Assembly (NCBI GenBank): GCA_010356995.1
Contig: ML996687.1
Coordinates: 1,803 to 65,802, forward strand
Reading direction: 5' to 3'
Length of the DNA: 64,000 bases
DNA from: Trichodelitschia bisporula
Taxonomy: Eukaryota
Shown: positions 25,601 to 36,959 of the stretch, piece by piece
How the letters are laid out: each line of letters starts with the position of its first letter
How positions within the stretch are numbered: the stretch's first letter is position 1
Translations under genes and position numbers: made by a program
The notes under the pieces: model-generated
Told to the model about the DNA's origin: nothing
Databases searched by the model: none
The model's input: only the letters and a program-made list of their open reading frames with translations

Positions 25601-26728
25601 CGCCAACTCGCGGGACCGAGGAAAGAAACGACCCTCGTAACCCTGCACGCCAGTTTCTGGCTTGCAATGACTTATTTCATGGGGAACCTGTCCTATGCGC
25701 TGGCGTTCTGGTGGGGCAGCAAGCAGATCATCGAAGGGCGGTACACGCAAACCCAATTTCTGATCGTGGTTATGAGTCTACTCGTCTCCGCCCAGCTGTG
25801 GAGTCAAATGTTCGCCCTCGCGCCCGAGCTCTCATCTGCCCGCGCCGCCGTGGCCCGCATCCTCAATCTCCTCGACCTCGGGCAGAGCCGCACGCTCCAT
25901 CCCCCGCCGGACCTGGGGGGGCGCGATATCGAGAAATCAGCCGAAGCGAAACCTCCACCTCGCGCGGCCGGTGCATCTGTCACCTTCCGCGACGTGGGCT
26001 TCGCGTACCCCGCCCGCCCCTCCGTCCCCGTGTTGCACGATCTCAACTTACACATCGCGCCGGGCCAATACGCTGCGCTGGTAGGCCCGAGCGGCGCAGG
26101 GAAGTCCACTGTCATATCGCTCATTGAGAGGTTATACACCCCCACCGCTGGGGTCGTCGAGATCGATGGGCGGGATATAGCGCGCCTCGGGGTCGGGTTT
26201 AGGGATGATCTGGCGTATGTGCCGCAGGATGCGGCGCTGTTTGATGGGAGTGTGCGATTCAATGTTGCCTTGGGCGCGAGGCCGGGGGTTGAACCGAGTG
26301 ATGCGGAGATTGACGAGGCATGTCGCGTGGCGAATGTGCATGATGTTATTGCGGGTTTGCCGGAGGGGTACGATACGCAGGTTGGTCCTAATGGGGGGCA
26401 GTTGAGTGGGGGGCAGAAACAGCGGCTTGCTATTGCGAGGGCGCTTGTGAGGAAGCCGAGACTGCTGATACTGGATGAGAGTACGAGTGCGTTGGATGCG
26501 GAGAGTGAGGGGTTACTGCAGGAGGGGTTGGAACGGGCGGTGCGGGGCGGAGGGATGACGGTTGTGGCTATTGCGCATAGGCTTAGGACGGTGAGGGCGG
26601 CGGATGTGATTTTTGTGGTTGAGGAGGGGAGGTGTGTGGATAGGGGGAGGCATGAGGAGCTGATGGAGAGGAGTGAGACGTATAGGGCGAATGCGGTTTT
26701 GCAGATGTTGGATGCGGGGGGCGTATAG
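22622..26728 (+). CDS. Full-length ABCB/MDR-type ABC transporter, putative siderophore exporter (SitT-like)
   Basis: TMD-NBD-TMD-NBD; Walker A GLSGSGKS and GPSGAGKS; LSGGQKQR twice; ILDEATA / ILDESTS; introns ~22694-22742 and ~23680-23722. Confidence 0.93.
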
Positions 26729-27128
26729 TTGAGGCTCTTGGAGGCTGGATATGTAGCATGATGAAATGAATCCCATTTTTCTCGAATTTGAAGGTTTCTC
26801 TTGTGTGATCGTGTGTTGCGAATCCCGGAATACTTCCCAAGTCATCCGTTAAGGCTTACATTCGGTGTGATGAGGCTCCCCCAGATTATCCCGGGAAAAT
26901 GAGATCGAACGATCACCCAGACGGAAAGGAATCCAGTCTGAGAAAACAGTGAATCTCTATCTCACTCGCATGGCATCGATTGCAAGATATCTCGAGAACG
27001 AACACGAGCGGGGCCATTCTGAACCATTTCTGGCACGATGGATACTACGTTAAAAGCAGAAAGAACCTCACATTCTATATACAGCCTAAGAAACAACTAC
27101 GAACCGTCCTCAATCCCCAACCTACACC

Positions 27129-28445
27129 CTACAACTTCGCCGGCAACGGCACCCCCGTCCCCGCAATGAAACCCCCCTGCTGATTCAACGGACAAAGCTG
27201 AAAAAACCTCTCCCGCGTAACCCTCACCAACACCGCCCTCTTATGCGGGAAATCCACAAACTTCTCCACATTCAAGCCGTGGGTGTAGTCATACACAAGC
27301 ACGCCCGCGTTATGCGCCGCCGGCTCGCCCACCACCGCCCCCGTCCGCGCATCATCCAGGAAGCAGAAATGGATTATGCAGCTCCACCACCCGAGCACAC
27401 GGTGCCGGCCCCTGTACCGCGCATCGCCCACCAGGGAGTGCCGCCCGCGGTCCCAATCGCCTGCGGCGTAGTGTGCGCCCACGTGGTCTTCTTTCGTCCA
27501 GTATATCTCGAAGTAGCTGAACGCCACGTCATCGAAGCGGCCTAGCACAGGCAAGCTATGCGGATCATCGTGCTGCTTCTGTAGATATGCGCGGTGGGCT
27601 CCGAGACTACCGGCCTCGTTCCACCCGCGCGCCACGCGGGGATCGTTCTGCCACTTGTGGAACAGCGCGACGTGGGCCTCGTCGTTGACATCGAGAGCCT
27701 GGAGGCTGAAATGCGCGTCGAGCGAGGGGATGTAACGCGAATACACGATACTGCCCGGCGTTGGCTTCGCGGGGCGGGACGGGTGCAGCATGTGCACGCG
27801 GCTGCCCGGGAACCCGGTTGTTAGGACTTGGGAAGGGACTTCGATGGGTAAGCTCGGCCGGGTGGAGGGCGTCCATGCGGGGTGGGTGCCGAAGGGCGAG
27901 GCGGCGCCTTGCCAGAAGGCTGCCCGGTGGAGGATGAGTTCTGCGGTCGGGGTGGTGGGTTGCGGGGTGTCGATCGGGGTGGGGTGGGGGGTTGCGAGGG
28001 TGGAAACGATGAGCGAGCGTTTGAGGGCTTCGCTGTCGGTGCCGGTGAGCGTCGCGCGGATGATTTCAAGGTCCGGGTGGAGCTGAAGGAGGGCGTGGAC
28101 GATGAGCCAGATTTGCCCGAGGGAGGGGGCGGCGCCGCTCCAGGTCAGGGTTGTGGAGGGGGCGCGGAGGGCGCGAGCCCAGGGGGTGTTGTCTGAGGTT
28201 GGGGGGACGGAGGCATCGGATGGAGTTTGCGGTGCGGTGAAGGTGAGGGTGGTGTTGTGGAGGGGAGATGGGGGCTCGAGGGCGGAGGAGGAGGGGTCTG
28301 AGGAGCGGAGGACTTGGAGGCCGGTGGTGTTGGGGGCTTGCGTGGGTACGACGTAGTAGGTTGTGAGGTGTGGGTGGGGGAGGCGGAGTTTGGTGAGGGC
28401 GATGGGTTTGAGGGGGTCGGTTGATGTGGTGGTGGTGGTGGCCAT
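27129..28445 (-). CDS. sidF: N5-hydroxyornithine acyltransferase (anhydromevalonyl-CoA transacylase)
   Basis: AFWQGAASPFG, HPSRPAKP, YSRYIP, FHKWQNDPRVARGW, YFEIYW.KED, DRGRHSLVG, FLDD.RT..VVGEP, DFPHKRA; C-terminal PTS1 AKL; divergent from the NRPS. Confidence 0.92.
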   Translation of the reverse strand: MATTTTTSTDPLKPIALTKLRLPHPHLTTYYVVPTQAPNTTGLQVLRSSDPSSSALEPPSPLHNTTLTFTAPQTPSDASVPPTSDNTPWARALRAPSTTLTWSGAAPSLGQIWLIVHALLQLHPDLEIIRATLTGTDSEALKRSLIVSTLATPHPTPIDTPQPTTPTAELILHRAAFWQGAASPFGTHPAWTPSTRPSLPIEVPSQVLTTGFPGSRVHMLHPSRPAKPTPGSIVYSRYIPSLDAHFSLQALDVNDEAHVALFHKWQNDPRVARGWNEAGSLGAHRAYLQKQHDDPHSLPVLGRFDDVAFSYFEIYWTKEDHVGAHYAAGDWDRGRHSLVGDARYRGRHRVLGWWSCIIHFCFLDDARTGAVVGEPAAHNAGVLVYDYTHGLNVEKFVDFPHKRAVLVRVTRERFFQLCPLNQQGGFIAGTGVPLPAKL

Positions 28446-28805
28446 GATTGCGGTGCGGATGTGACGAGGTCAGAGAAGGACGACACAAGAAGAGTCGAAG
28501 GGCGGCACGTCAGGCAAAAGGCAAACGTCGGGACAAAAGAAAGCGATCAGCCAGCTTCAGAAAAGGATGACGGAATACGGGCCTACGTTCCCATCGTGAT
28601 ACCACCCTTCAACCGAACCGATATCGGCCGAGTGCCCGGCTGACTCGGAGTGCTGGCGGTCTGCCCAGCATGGCGGCGACCAGGCATAGCGAAGAATTTT
28701 CCACCATAATGAGCAGTAGAAAACGGCAAGGCGATTTACCGGGCCATGATGGTTTGTTTCCACTTGCAGGTCGTGATGGGCGACAAAGTGGAGACCGGGG
28801 GAAGG

Positions 28806-28889
28806 ATCTGATAAGCCGTGGGTGGAGTGATCAGCAAGCTCTGACATGGGAAAATGCGCGTGGCGCCATGGATTCGACGGATCTGATAA
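28806..28889 (+). promoter_or_regulatory. Two SreA-type boxes in the sidF/NRPS divergent promoter
   Basis: ATCTGATAA at 28806-28814 and 28881-28889. Confidence 0.85.
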
Positions 28890-29720
28890 CTCTAACTGGA
28901 CTGCAGACCATATTAGAGCGAAAAAAGCGTTGTGTTGGCGTGTCTGCAGGGTATCCATGTGGGGGGGTGAGTGGAGAGAAGGCCGGGCGACATGGACAAG
29001 ACGGAGCAATAAGGCGCGCGCGGCACGCGATGTCTAGCCTTGTTCCGATCCCGAAATAACGTTAAGGGGATTTCGCGTGCCGTTTGTGCGAGCCGTCGCG
29101 TGTCTCGGCACCTTGGCGGTCTCTTGTCGCGAAATTCGTCATCGTCAAGCTCTTCGACCTCTGCTTCACTGTCCACTCACTGTCCACTTTCATCAACTCC
29201 CAAACAACCCCACCTTGCTAGCTCGCGGCATCACCCGCCAGGGCTCCCTTGATTCAAAAACCGAAATATCCGCATCGTCCGCATCCGACGCTAGCTGGGG
29301 TGCGCCGGTCGTCTGCTGGTCGTTGTATTGTATTGCTCGTCTTTCACCGCCTTCGAACTGACGATGCCCCAGTCGCTGGCTCCACTGGCTCCACTGGCTC
29401 CATTCTCTGCCCCAGCGTCCAGATCACCGCTTCGCTCGACCATGGGTGTTTCACCGATGGACGGAGAGCATGGGATCGGACTGGAAACTGGAGTCTGGCG
29501 AGAGGTCGGGTCTTGGAGCATGAGGGTCCTAATGACGATGCCGTCGCGGTTCTGGCGCGAATTTCCCTCCATTGCTCGGATCTCATATTCTCCATATCAA
29601 CGTTCACGCGTAGCTTTCGTGCAGGCATTGTCTTTTCCCTTGTGTTGAGCATGAATCTATGATCTCCCGTGCATCATCCCACACCCTTAATCCCTACGAT
29701 CTACGTCAGGCCTCACTGCG

Positions 29721-32700
29721 ATGGGCATCTTGACAGCGGCGGAGCCGGAGGGGCAGCGTGAGGTTGGGGGACCCGTCAAGAAGAGGGATTCCTTTGGCCT
29801 GCCCGCCAACAGTTCTGGCGGTTCACAACATGCCAACGCCGAAGTCCAGCAGGGAGATCTCGGGTTTTTGCCATTCAAGCTGCGTCCGCTCGCTGGAGAA
29901 CTGAAGGAGCGGCAGGAAGATATCCTGCTGCTGGCATGGCTTCTTGTCCTCTCCCGGTACAGCGTTGATGGCGATGCCGACTTGAGCTGGGGACACTCCG
30001 AGCTGGACGATGATGGCGAGTGTGAGCATAACGTCTCTTCAACTTTATCCACAGCCGATGTCCGGTTGGACAAGGGAGCGTCAGCCTTGTCGCTGCTGGA
30101 ACACGTCAAGGCTGAGTCGTCCCATGGCGATGATATCTTCTTTTTCAGCGACACGGCATCAGACTTGTCAGACGGGAATGATAAGAATACCGAAGCCAGT
30201 GTAAGCCGCCCGCCAGAGTACTTGTCCAGTCTGACCTCGCAGTGGAAAGTGCAGTTAGATGTCATGCTCTGCGGAGCATACATCTGGGTCCGGTCGTCAT
30301 GGAACCGGACGACCAAGCACATGGCCCTGAACCATGTCCACTCCTTCGTACATATCGTCAACTCTATTCGCTCCAACCCCAGCGCAATACTCTCAGACAT
30401 CCTCCAAATCAACCCTTGGGAGCGGGCCCAGCTTTGGCACTGGAACCGTGAGCTGCCGCCGAACATCGATGTTTGCACCCACGACCTCATCTCCGATCGA
30501 GCGCGGAAGCAGCCCAAAGATGAAGCCGTATACTCATGGGACGGAAGTTTGACCTACGAAGAGGTTGAGGCGTATTCAACTTTTTTGGCAAATCAGCTTG
30601 TGGCGCAAGGCGTTGGCGTCGGCACCATCGTTCCTCTCTGCTTCGAGAAGTCCCGATGGACTGTCGTCGCTGTCCTCGCCGTCATGAAGGCCGGCGGCAC
30701 ATTCGTACTCATGGATCCCAGTCAGCCGCTAGCTCGGCTGCACACAATTGCTGAGGAGGTGCGCGCCACACTCATCATCACCTCACAGAAGCAGTTTGAA
30801 CTCGGCGCGGACGTCGTTCCGGGTGGCAAGGCGATCTCCATCGGACAAGACAACTTCCAGTTCGATCCAAGCACGCAGGTCTTCCCCAAGCTGCCGCCAG
30901 TACCGCCTTCTGCCATTCTTTACATCATCTTCACATCAGGTAGCACCGGCAAACCCAAGGGCGTCATCATCTCCCACGAGACGTACACCAGCGGTGTAAT
31001 TCCGCGCGCCGATATGGTGGGCTACAACGTGGACTCGCGCGTCCTGGACTTTGCGTCATACGCATTCGATGTATCCATCGACAGCATGCTCTGCACGCTC
31101 ATGCAGGGAGGATGTCTCTGCATTCCGTCAAACGAAGACCGCGTCAACGACCTCAACGGCGTGATCCGGCGCATGGGCGTCACTATGGCCAACATGACCC
31201 CGTCCGTGGCGCGCGTCCTTGATGCCGACATCATCCCGTCGCTGAGCAGTCTAGGCCTGGGTGGCGAGTCGGTGTCACCACGCGACGTCGCTGCATGGGG
31301 CAAGCACACGCGGATCGTCATCGGGTACGGCCCCTCGGAGTGTACCGTCGGCTGCACGATCAACAGCAGCGCGGCCAAGGGCCGCGACTACGTCGACATC
31401 GGTCAAGCCACCGGTGCAGTACTCTGGCTCGTCGATCCAGACGATTACAACCGCCTAACGCCATTGGGAGGTGTGGGCGAGCTCCTTGTCGAGGGACCTG
31501 TTGTTGGTCAGGGATATCTGCATGATCCCGCCAAGACGGCCACTTCATTTATCGAAGACCCGACGTGGCTTCTCGAAGGCGACGGTTCGGGCAACGGGCG
31601 CCATGGGCGCATGTACATGACCGGAGACTTGGTGCGGTACGACCCGGACGGCTCAGGTGCGTTGGTCTTCGTTGGCCGCAAGGACACGCAGGTGAAGCTG
31701 CGGGGTCAGCGCGTGGAACTCGGCGAGGTGGAGCATCACCTGCGGACGCTGCTTCCGTCCGGCGTCACGGTTACGGCGGAGGTTGTTGCCCCCAAAGGCC
31801 ACAAGGGCGAGCCGATTCTGGTGGCTTTCCTTGCAGAGGATGCGGAAAGGGACAGCACCGATGGACCGAAGCCGGCACTGGCGCCGACGACGGTATCTGC
31901 TCGCCTCGAGGCAGCGCTTGCGACTATGGATAAGGATCTGGCGCAGGTCCTTCCGGTGTACATGGTCCCATCGGCATATATTCCCGTAAATTTCATGCCG
32001 ATTCTCGTCTCTGGAAAGACGGACCGCAAGAGCCTTCGAGAGCTGGCCGCGTTAGGTAGGCTACAACAGCTTGCCCAGAATACTTCCGATGGCGATAAGA
32101 ACGGACCGGAGACGACTATGGAGAAACGCCTGCAGCAGATCTGGAGTGCCGCCCTCAGCATCTCAGCCGATGCCATTACTTCTGGTGACAATTTCTTCAA
32201 CATTGGGGGCGACTCCCTGACGGCCATGAAGCTGGTGGCTACGGCGCGCGAGGCGGGCATTCTGTTGACTGTGGCTGACATCTTCCGCAACCCCAAGCTC
32301 TCGGAGATGGCATCTATTGCAGTCGCCGAGGACGCCGCCGATGTTGAAGTGCTTCCATTTTCTGTGCTAGCTGATGGATGGAGGATGGAGGATGCATGCG
32401 CTGAAGCTGCCGCTGCATGCGGTGTTGACCCAGCTGCAATTGAAGACATCTACCCGTGCACACCGCTGCAGGAAACTCTCATGGCCTTCTCGGTCAAATC
32501 CACCGACGTCTACATAGCCCAGCGGGTTATCGAGCTGCCCGATCTGGAGCGCACCGAAAAGCTCAAAGCTGCATGGGAGGCCGCCACCACCGAAAGCCCT
32601 GTTCTCCGCACTCGCATCGCCCAGTTCCCAGACCGCGGACTCATGCAAGTCATCGTCAAGGAGAGCATCACCTGGCAAACGGGCTCCAATCTCGAAGAAT

Positions 32701-35700
32701 ATCTCGCCCGCGACCGCAGCACGCGCGTGGATCTCGGCGACGCTCTTTCACGGTACGCCATCATTTGGCAAGGGGACAAAGGGTACTTTGTGTGGACTGT
32801 CCACCATGCCCTTTACGACGGGTGGTCCACTCCACTGGTGCTAGACCGTGTGAAGCGGGCGTACGAAGGGCTCTCCACCTCGCGCCCTGCCCAGATGAAG
32901 CACTTCGTTCAATGGCTGAGCCATCCCGACCGTGAGTCCTCGAAGGATTTCTGGCGTCTCCAGCTCCAGAATGCGACCGGGCCGCAGTTTCCGAGTCTCC
33001 CATCCCGTACATACCTGACCAAAGCGGACGCCCTTTTGCAGAGATATATACCGCTCAAACGCCACGGTAACGTAACGACCACACCGGCCACATTAATCCG
33101 TGCCGCCTGGGCGCTCGTGGCATCGCAACTCACCGGATCCGACGATGTCATCTTTGGCGAGACCTTTACCGGGCGCAGCGTGCCGGTCAAAGGCGCGGAC
33201 CAGATTGAAGGCCCAATGATTACGACGGTTCCAGTCCGCATCACCATCGACCGTGCCGCTCAAATTCCAGAGTTTCTGCAGCGCATCCACGATCAATCCA
33301 TTGCACGCATCCAGCACGAGCATGTGGGGTTGCAGAATATCCGCCGCGTCAGCACCGACGCGCAAATTGCCTGCGAGGTCAAGACGGGTCTCGTCATTCA
33401 GCCCTTCGAGGCGGTGAGCGAGGGCGAGGAGTTGCTTCCCGGGTTCAAGATCCTCGGTGAAGCGGATCCAGCGCGCGAGGCGCTTGAGTTCAATTCCTAC
33501 GCGCTCATGCTAGTCTGCGCGCTGCGTTCCGATGGCTTTCAGTTGTACGCCAGCTTTGACTCCAACGTCATTGAGGTGGCGCAGACGGAGCGCGTTCTGT
33601 CCCAGTTTGAGTGCGCATTTGAGCAGCTGGCTAAGGGCGAGGCAATCTCTGTCGGCGATGTGAGCTGCCTCAGTGAGCAAGATGTTGTCGACATTTGGCG
33701 CTGGAACGGGCCGCCCCCGGCTCGCATCGATGCTGGCGGTCTCGTCACAGGCAGTGGCGAACCTGGGTTCCCTAGGATCACCGTCCCATGGGTAGTGCAC
33801 TCTCGACATCCCGAGCGTCTGGCGCCAATCGGTGCGGTAGGAGAGCTGCTCATCGAAGGCCCGCTTGCTTCCAAGGATTTCATTGAGGATCCGGCATGGC
33901 TTGTGGCTGGCTACAAGCATGTCTCCGGGCGGCATGGCAAGTTGCATAGGACGGGTGACTTGGTTCGGTACCGTGCTGATGGCTTGCTGTCGTTTGTTGG
34001 CCGCAAGGACACGCAGGTCACGCTTCAGGGGCAGGCAATGGATCTCACTGAGGTTGAGCATCAACTTCGCAAGCACCTCCCTGCTGGGACCGAGGTTGCG
34101 GCTGATCTCGTCACTCCTCTGACGGAGGGCCAGCCGGAGCCTGTACTAGTCGCCTATATTGGTACCAACTCCACCGACGGCCTGGTGAACATTGGTCTGC
34201 AAGGCGATTCTGATGTCATATCTCCGACTCTCCCTTCGGCCTTGCAGGAAGCGCTTCTGGTCATCAACCGCGCACTCATCGAAGTTCTCCCGCCACACAT
34301 GGTTCCCTCGGTGTACATCCCCCTTCGCCACTTCCCGCCGACCGACAAAGCAGGCCGCCAGCAGTTTACCGCCATAGGGTCTTCCTTGACTCAAGAATGC
34401 ATCCAAAACCTCAAGGCCGCCTTTGCCCGCCTCCGGAGCGCCCATTCGCAGAACAAGCTCGCCCCGCGCACCGACAAGGAACGCGCACTCCAGCAGCTCT
34501 GGAGCCAAGTTCTGGACATGGACCCAGCGGCCATTACTACCGAGGATAGCTTCTTCCGTCTCGGCGGTGACTCCATCATGGCTATGAAGCTGGTGTCCGC
34601 GGCGCGGCATGCGGGATATGTCCTCTCGGTGGCGGATGTGTTCCGACACATGCGCTTGGGCAATATGGCGACGGTGCTTGCGGATGGGAAGGAGATTGCC
34701 GTGTCACAGGTGGTCAAGCCGTTCACTTCACTGGGAGGTATAGACGTGCAGGATTTCCTTGTCCAGATCAAGTCCGCGTTGGCGGATCCCGACTCAAAAA
34801 TCAAGGACGTCCTGCCCCTCACTGGCCCGCAGGAAATGGATATCAAGGCCACCGTGGATGCGCCGCGCAGTTCATTCCAGTATAATATTCTCTACCTGGA
34901 TCCGGCCGTGGATCTGGGGCGCTTGCTGCACGGTTGCCAGTCCCTTGTCGCTCACCACGACATCCTGCGGACAGTTTTTATCAACACCAGCGACAAATAT
35001 CTGCAAGTGGTCTTGGAGCACCTCGACGTTCCGGTGGAGAACTTCACTACAGACAGCGACCTGGCCAAGTTCACCAACGAAATCTGCGCCGCTGACATCG
35101 AAAAGCCTTGTCCGCTGGGCTCCACCTTCCTCAAGTTCTTCTTCATCCGCAGTGTTTCCAAGAACGCCTTCGTCTTCCGCATTTCCCATGCGCAATATGA
35201 CGGTGTCTCCCTCGCTGAGCTGATGCGCCAATTCAACCTCGCCTACCACAACGAGAAACTCCCCTCCACACCACCCTTCGCGTCATACATCAACCACATG
35301 ATTACCGCCCGGCCCGCAGCCACGGAGTACTGGCGCATCCGCCTCGCAGGCGCAGCACTCACGCGCCTCCCCCCGCTGACACCGGAGAAATCCACCAAAC
35401 CTGTCTTCCTCACTCGCGACATCGACGTCTCAGCCAAGCCCGCAAACATAACGCTAGCAACAATGCTCAGCGCAGCCTGGGCCCTCGTCCTCTCCCGCAC
35501 GCTATCCAAGCGCGATATCGTCTTCGGCAGCGTCGCCTCAGGCCGCTCCATCGACCTACCAGACGTAGGCTCCATCGTTGGCCCCTGCTACCAATTCACG
35601 CCCGTGCGGACAACCTTCGCAGATGGCTGGACGAGCACCGATCTACTCCGCGCAGTGCAGGCGCAGTATGCAGAGGCGTTGCCGCATGAGCATCTAGGCA

Positions 35701-36014
35701 TGCCGGATATTGTCCGCTGCTGCACGGATTGGGACGCGGGGGCGTGGTTTGACTCGCTTGTGCACCACCAGGATGTGGCGTATTTCGACGACATGCCGTT
35801 TGGTGAGGGGAAGGCGGGCGTGGATGCGCTGCTGCCGCATGCCGAGAGCGTAGATGTGTGGCGCGTGGTGAGTTTCCCGCGGGGGGGGGGTGTGCTGAGA
35901 CTGGGGATTGAGACGAGTGAGTCGTGGGGGGTGTTTGCTGGGGAGTTGCTGGGCGGGTTGGAGGAGGCGGTTAGGGGGTTTGTGGAGCGGCCGGAGGAGG
36001 TTTTGGTGCGTTGA
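29721..36014 (+). CDS. sidD: Extracellular siderophore NRPS, A-T-C-dA-T-C (SidD/NPS6 family)
   Basis: A domain FTSGSTGKPKG, YGPSE, GELLVEGP, TGDL, QVKLRGQRVELGEVE; T FFNIGGDSL; C HHALYDGW; truncated A; T FFRLGGDSI; terminal C SHAQYDG. Probable in-frame 42-nt intron 30201-30242. Confidence 0.93.
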   Translation: MGILTAAEPEGQREVGGPVKKRDSFGLPANSSGGSQHANAEVQQGDLGFLPFKLRPLAGELKERQEDILLLAWLLVLSRYSVDGDADLSWGHSELDDDGECEHNVSSTLSTADVRLDKGASALSLLEHVKAESSHGDDIFFFSDTASDLSDGNDKNTEASVSRPPEYLSSLTSQWKVQLDVMLCGAYIWVRSSWNRTTKHMALNHVHSFVHIVNSIRSNPSAILSDILQINPWERAQLWHWNRELPPNIDVCTHDLISDRARKQPKDEAVYSWDGSLTYEEVEAYSTFLANQLVAQGVGVGTIVPLCFEKSRWTVVAVLAVMKAGGTFVLMDPSQPLARLHTIAEEVRATLIITSQKQFELGADVVPGGKAISIGQDNFQFDPSTQVFPKLPPVPPSAILYIIFTSGSTGKPKGVIISHETYTSGVIPRADMVGYNVDSRVLDFASYAFDVSIDSMLCTLMQGGCLCIPSNEDRVNDLNGVIRRMGVTMANMTPSVARVLDADIIPSLSSLGLGGESVSPRDVAAWGKHTRIVIGYGPSECTVGCTINSSAAKGRDYVDIGQATGAVLWLVDPDDYNRLTPLGGVGELLVEGPVVGQGYLHDPAKTATSFIEDPTWLLEGDGSGNGRHGRMYMTGDLVRYDPDGSGALVFVGRKDTQVKLRGQRVELGEVEHHLRTLLPSGVTVTAEVVAPKGHKGEPILVAFLAEDAERDSTDGPKPALAPTTVSARLEAALATMDKDLAQVLPVYMVPSAYIPVNFMPILVSGKTDRKSLRELAALGRLQQLAQNTSDGDKNGPETTMEKRLQQIWSAALSISADAITSGDNFFNIGGDSLTAMKLVATAREAGILLTVADIFRNPKLSEMASIAVAEDAADVEVLPFSVLADGWRMEDACAEAAAACGVDPAAIEDIYPCTPLQETLMAFSVKSTDVYIAQRVIELPDLERTEKLKAAWEAATTESPVLRTRIAQFPDRGLMQVIVKESITWQTGSNLEEYLARDRSTRVDLGDALSRYAIIWQGDKGYFVWTVHHALYDGWSTPLVLDRVKRAYEGLSTSRPAQMKHFVQWLSHPDRESSKDFWRLQLQNATGPQFPSLPSRTYLTKADALLQRYIPLKRHGNVTTTPATLIRAAWALVASQLTGSDDVIFGETFTGRSVPVKGADQIEGPMITTVPVRITIDRAAQIPEFLQRIHDQSIARIQHEHVGLQNIRRVSTDAQIACEVKTGLVIQPFEAVSEGEELLPGFKILGEADPAREALEFNSYALMLVCALRSDGFQLYASFDSNVIEVAQTERVLSQFECAFEQLAKGEAISVGDVSCLSEQDVVDIWRWNGPPPARIDAGGLVTGSGEPGFPRITVPWVVHSRHPERLAPIGAVGELLIEGPLASKDFIEDPAWLVAGYKHVSGRHGKLHRTGDLVRYRADGLLSFVGRKDTQVTLQGQAMDLTEVEHQLRKHLPAGTEVAADLVTPLTEGQPEPVLVAYIGTNSTDGLVNIGLQGDSDVISPTLPSALQEALLVINRALIEVLPPHMVPSVYIPLRHFPPTDKAGRQQFTAIGSSLTQECIQNLKAAFARLRSAHSQNKLAPRTDKERALQQLWSQVLDMDPAAITTEDSFFRLGGDSIMAMKLVSAARHAGYVLSVADVFRHMRLGNMATVLADGKEIAVSQVVKPFTSLGGIDVQDFLVQIKSALADPDSKIKDVLPLTGPQEMDIKATVDAPRSSFQYNILYLDPAVDLGRLLHGCQSLVAHHDILRTVFINTSDKYLQVVLEHLDVPVENFTTDSDLAKFTNEICAADIEKPCPLGSTFLKFFFIRSVSKNAFVFRISHAQYDGVSLAELMRQFNLAYHNEKLPSTPPFASYINHMITARPAATEYWRIRLAGAALTRLPPLTPEKSTKPVFLTRDIDVSAKPANITLATMLSAAWALVLSRTLSKRDIVFGSVASGRSIDLPDVGSIVGPCYQFTPVRTTFADGWTSTDLLRAVQAQYAEALPHEHLGMPDIVRCCTDWDAGAWFDSLVHHQDVAYFDDMPFGEGKAGVDALLPHAESVDVWRVVSFPRGGGVLRLGIETSESWGVFAGELLGGLEEAVRGFVERPEEVLVR

Positions 36015-36552
36015 TCACGGCGAGGATGCAGCTGATGAGTGATGTCTTTTTTTGGGTATGGAGTACGGGTTTCGCTTAATTCTCAGTACCTTGTCAAGTT
36101 CACGTTTCTCTTATTGTGCAATGCTGAACCTGGCTTCATGGTGCTCGCGTGCTCGCTTCTGCCTCGCATTGTGCGCATATTTCATGCAACGGGCAGTCTT
36201 ATGATCGCCATAATGCACTCGTCAGGCGAGCCCTGGGTATGATCTCCCTATGCCTGCCCCTTCCACATGCCGTCCGTCTCAAGAACCGCGCCAGCTGTAC
36301 TTTCAACGGTCAAGCGACCAACAGTTTCGCAGTCAGGCCGCCAGCACCTGCAAAATTCTCCGTAATGCCACCCAAGCGCCAGCGACGGCAGAATATCGCC
36401 GGCAGAAAATCCTACACTGTATATCTTACCCGGTGGTACCCGACCTTGCCATGACATGCATGGAGGCAAGGCTTGCTAACTGGCACCCGACACGAGGCTG
36501 GGATTTGCTCCAAGCGTCTCCACAAGGCTAGCACTAGGCGGGGGATCCTCGG

Positions 36553-36581
36553 ATCAGATAAATTTTTGGCGCATCTGATAA
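36553..36581 (+). promoter_or_regulatory. Two SreA-type boxes upstream of the SidA-like gene
   Basis: ATCAGATAA 36553-36561 and ATCTGATAA 36573-36581. Confidence 0.85.
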
Positions 36582-36959
36582 CCTAATTTTGACCGCTGGT
36601 TGCAGCTGTGTGGCCCGAGATCGGCCGGGGGCGCTAGCCGTGTGGGCCGAGACAGCCTTGTCGAATGTTTCTTTACGATTTCTGCCGGTGATGGACGGAT
36701 CCACTTGGGGCTTGCTGGAGGAGATACTACGTAATGCACTTTGAGAAGTTTGTCGGCTGAGGTGGCGGACGCTGGTGCAGAGTTGGGTGGAGCTGATGGC
36801 TGGCCGTGGTGGCCCTCGTTTCCTTTCGTCCCAGGCTGGCTGCGGACTTGGTGGTAGATGCTTCAGCTTCACTGATATTGCATAGATGCATTGATGCCGC
36901 CGCCCTAGAGCCACAAAGCTCGATTCCACCTCACATCTCCATCCTCTCTCACCGTCACC

